Shown: in pieces, positions 61,404-64,000 of the stretch
Position numbering within the stretch: position 1 is the first letter of the stretch
Layout of the letters: the number at the start of each line of letters is the position of its first letter
The notes under the pieces: model-generated
The model's database searches: none
Told to the model about the DNA's origin: nothing
The model's input: the letters and a program-made list of their open reading frames with translations, nothing else
Made by a program: the position numbers and the translations under genes
Assembly: GCA_963667845.2 (NCBI GenBank)
Contig: CAXXVL010000001.1
Span: 1 to 64,000, forward strand
DNA: 64,000 nucleotides
Source of the DNA: Smithellaceae bacterium
GTDB lineage: Bacteria; Desulfobacterota; Syntrophia; Syntrophales; Smithellaceae
Direction: 5' to 3'

Positions 61404-61796
61404 GAAAACCACAAACCTTTCTTCGGAAGTGCATATAACAATCAAGAGATGCGGTCAAGGCAAAGCCTGAAAGGAAAGGAGTCCGGCGCCTCTTTGAATT
61501 GCGGGAGGTGCCGGCTTGAAAATGATCCGGCCGGCCCGCAGAGCCGGCAGGAGAACCGCGCGGAACCGTAAATTCGTATTGTCTATTTTATATACACTTC
61601 CGCCACCTGCGGAAACCGGCGCGCGGGACAGTGAGGCTGCTGCTGTGTTATCGGGCGGGTCATTGGGTTTGGCGATATTTTTTGCCGCATTGAAAAAATA
61701 TTTGACTTCATGAAAAGCCATATGCTACGTATTATACGATTATAAGACTGAGATTTGTTTATTTTTTATACATCCATGTAAAAAGGAGACTGACCA

Positions 61797-63050
61797 ATGA
61801 CGTGGGATGCTGTCATCAACATTTTCCAGGGTGTTACAACGTTAACAGATGCTTTTTCCCATAACCCGAAAATCGCCGTCGCCAGAATTGGCCTCATTTT
61901 ATTTGGCCTCCTGCTGGTTTATCTGGGCAAAAAAGGAATCCTGGAAGCCCTGCTCATGATTCCCATGGGGCTCGGCATGGCTTCGGTGAATGCGGCGATT
62001 ATGTTCTTTGACCCTCTAAACCTGCACGGCGGTACCGGGACGTTTTTTGTGGAAGCGCAGGCGGGAGCCACGGTGGATGCCGTAAAAAATGCCGCCGACC
62101 TGCTGACGATTCTGCAGATTGACTGGCTGCAGCCTATCTACACCTTTACCTTCAGTAACGGCTTGATTGCCTGTCTTGTTTTCATGGGCATCGGTGCACT
62201 CCTGGATGTGGGATACGTTATGGCCCGGCCGTTCCAGAGTATGTTTATTGCCGTCTGCGCGGAATTGGGAACGATCATCACTTTTCCCATCGCGCAGTTA
62301 TTCGGATATACCCCACAGCAGGCCGCCGCCATATCTATTGTCGGAGGGGCGGACGGTCCGATGGTTTTGTTTACGTCCTTGCGTCTGGCGCCTGAACTCT
62401 TTGTGCCCATCGCGATCATTGCCTACCTTTACCTGGGTTTTGCCTATGGCGGTTATCCTTATCTGATTCGCCTGATGATCCCCAAGAAACTTCTGGCCAT
62501 CAAACCTGCGCCTCCGAAAAAGAAACGAGAGATCACGTCCGGCGAAAAGATGCTTTTTGCCGTGGTCGCCTGTATCATTCTGTGTTTTCTGCTGCCGGTT
62601 GCGGCGCCTCTGATCTTTTCGCTCTTTTTCGGCGTCGTGATCCGGGAATCCGGCGTGAAGGAATATATTGATTTACTGCAGGGGCCGGTCCTGTATTTGT
62701 CTACCATGTTTCTGGGGATGATGCTGGGCGTGTTATGCGACGCCAACACCATTATGGATCCCAAAGTATTGCCTTTATTGCTTCTGGGCATTCTGGCGCT
62801 GCTGATCTCCGGGATCGGCGGCATTTTAGGCGGCTATGTCCTGTATTTTGCCACCGGGGGCAAGTACAACCCCTGCATCGGTATCGCCGGTGTCAGTTGC
62901 GTGCCTACCACGGCCAAGGTTGCGCAGAAGCTGGTGAGCAAGGCGAATAAGACGGCCATTATTCTGCCGCACGCTCTCGGGGCGAACGTCAGTGGTGTGA
63001 TTACGACGGCAATTATTGCCGGCATTTTCTGCAGCCTGCTGGCCAAATAA
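61797..63050 (+). CDS. Na+-transporting carboxyl-biotin decarboxylase beta subunit (OadB/GcdB/MmdB family)
   Basis: Polytopic; GGADGP; NPCIGIAGVSCVPTTAKV; GANVSGVI. Confidence 0.92.
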   Translation: MTWDAVINIFQGVTTLTDAFSHNPKIAVARIGLILFGLLLVYLGKKGILEALLMIPMGLGMASVNAAIMFFDPLNLHGGTGTFFVEAQAGATVDAVKNAADLLTILQIDWLQPIYTFTFSNGLIACLVFMGIGALLDVGYVMARPFQSMFIAVCAELGTIITFPIAQLFGYTPQQAAAISIVGGADGPMVLFTSLRLAPELFVPIAIIAYLYLGFAYGGYPYLIRLMIPKKLLAIKPAPPKKKREITSGEKMLFAVVACIILCFLLPVAAPLIFSLFFGVVIRESGVKEYIDLLQGPVLYLSTMFLGMMLGVLCDANTIMDPKVLPLLLLGILALLISGIGGILGGYVLYFATGGKYNPCIGIAGVSCVPTTAKVAQKLVSKANKTAIILPHALGANVSGVITTAIIAGIFCSLLAK

Positions 63051-63064
63051 AAGGAGCTTATACC

Positions 63065-63190
63065 ATGAGTGGATGGAGAGAAGCATTATTGACGTACGGT
63101 CTGACGATTGTCATCTCTTTCGCCATCGCGGGCATCATATCCCTGGGTGTGACGCTTTTGGAAAAATTTTCCAAGAACAAGGAAAGTTAG
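63065..63190 (+). CDS. Small single-TM protein, possible decarboxylase gamma/delta anchor subunit
   Basis: Not in the ORF track; SD AAGGAG; MSGWREALLTYGLTIVISFAIAGIISLGVTLLEKFSKNKES. Confidence 0.7.
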   Translation: MSGWREALLTYGLTIVISFAIAGIISLGVTLLEKFSKNKES

Positions 63191-63291
63191 TCTTTTAGCG
63201 GATCCCCCGGTCTTTGCCTGACGGTCAGACATTACGGCCTTGAATTTCGGCTAAAATTCTGATTAATCTGTCAGGTAAAGGTTTATCAACT

Positions 63292-64000
63292 ATGACGACT
63301 AAATCAAAACCCGCCGACACGAACGATCGATGGGTTTCATCAGCGCTCAAGGTCAATCTGGAAAGGACGGCGGTGGATGTTCAGATACCGCAGCAATACG
63401 CGCCGATCCTGCAGATTGTGAAAGACCATTACGGGCTGCAGAAAAAGACCCGCGAGCTCCTCACCGAGCTCAATCACCCGTATGCCAACTGGGACTATGT
63501 CCTCAAAGAACTCAAGTCCATCTCGATCGGTGATTTCTACATTTACAACAATCATCCGGAGGGACTGACTGCTTTATCGATCCTCTTAACCATCTATTTC
63601 GACGTTCTGAAATCCCCTGCATCTGAAGATATAAAAGACAGCGCCATTCACTATCTTTTCGACTTCGCCGACGCGATCATCTTGCAGAGCGGTGACTTTC
63701 TCACCAGAAATCTGTCTTTGCTTCCGGGATTCATCATTTCATTGATGGAGATTGCCGATGACGAATCGGCGCTCTTTAAAAAATGCTCATCCTATCTGAA
63801 ACGGATTATCCGGGCGATGATGGAGCAAGGGGTGGACGTTTCCACGCCCGCCTTCGCAACGCTCGTCTATAAGATGTTCCGGGCGACTTACGCCTTTTGG
63901 CTCAGTGAGCCCGATCCCGCGCTGTGGCTCACAGCCTGGCGCACGGCGGAGGAGCCGCCAGCCGACAGCGCTTATCTGGAATTGGTCGAGCCGCTCAGCC
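63292..64000 (+). CDS. N-terminus of a large protein, probably pyruvate phosphate dikinase-like (runs off the window)
   Basis: Open frame MTTKSKP..SALKVNLERT..ELNHPYANWDYV; resembles, from recall, the N-terminus of Desulfobacterota PEP/pyruvate-binding proteins; catalytic domains are not in the window. Confidence 0.55.
   Translation, partial: MTTKSKPADTNDRWVSSALKVNLERTAVDVQIPQQYAPILQIVKDHYGLQKKTRELLTELNHPYANWDYVLKELKSISIGDFYIYNNHPEGLTALSILLTIYFDVLKSPASEDIKDSAIHYLFDFADAIILQSGDFLTRNLSLLPGFIISLMEIADDESALFKKCSSYLKRIIRAMMEQGVDVSTPAFATLVYKMFRATYAFWLSEPDPALWLTAWRTAEEPPADSAYLELVEPLS

Noticed and set aside
1..64000. CRISPR array, rRNA, prophage structural genes, reverse transcriptase systems
   Set aside because: None seen in the sequence or ORF track.

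Overview
Bacterial chromosome segment, probably from an anaerobic Desulfobacterota/Syntrophales (Smithella/Syntrophus-like) organism; this is inferred from gene content and not verified. Positions ~1-24,323 look like an accessory island whose right end abuts the 3' end of tRNA-Glu(CTC) and carries integrase-arm-like repeats and an IHF site. The island holds a TPR protein, a dense signal-transduction cluster (including a pseudokinase-AAA-GAF-HisKA_2 giant), an IHF-beta paralogue, a duplicated promoter+membrane-protein cassette, several gene remnants, a single-chain Type IIG/ISP-like R-M enzyme and a HigB/HigA-ImmA module. The most striking observation is a 2,121-bp element (891-3011) encoding only two tandem tyrosine recombinases. 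It is bounded by 13-bp terminal inverted repeats and a 7-bp direct repeat (CAGGAAG), so its predicted circle junction is a lox-like 13-7-13 core site. Both genes carry a single-base frameshift. From 24.4 kb onward the sequence is core genome: gltX; yceD-rpmF-acpP-fabF-glyA-dCMP deaminase-nrdR-ribE-ribBA-ribH-nusB (without plsX/fabHDG or ribD); transporters; fatty-acid/CoA metabolism genes; a PAS hybrid kinase; a MoxR/VWA pair; a Na+-decarboxylase beta subunit with a small partner; and the start of a PPDK-like gene. All calls come from reading the sequence and motifs by eye; no searches were run.
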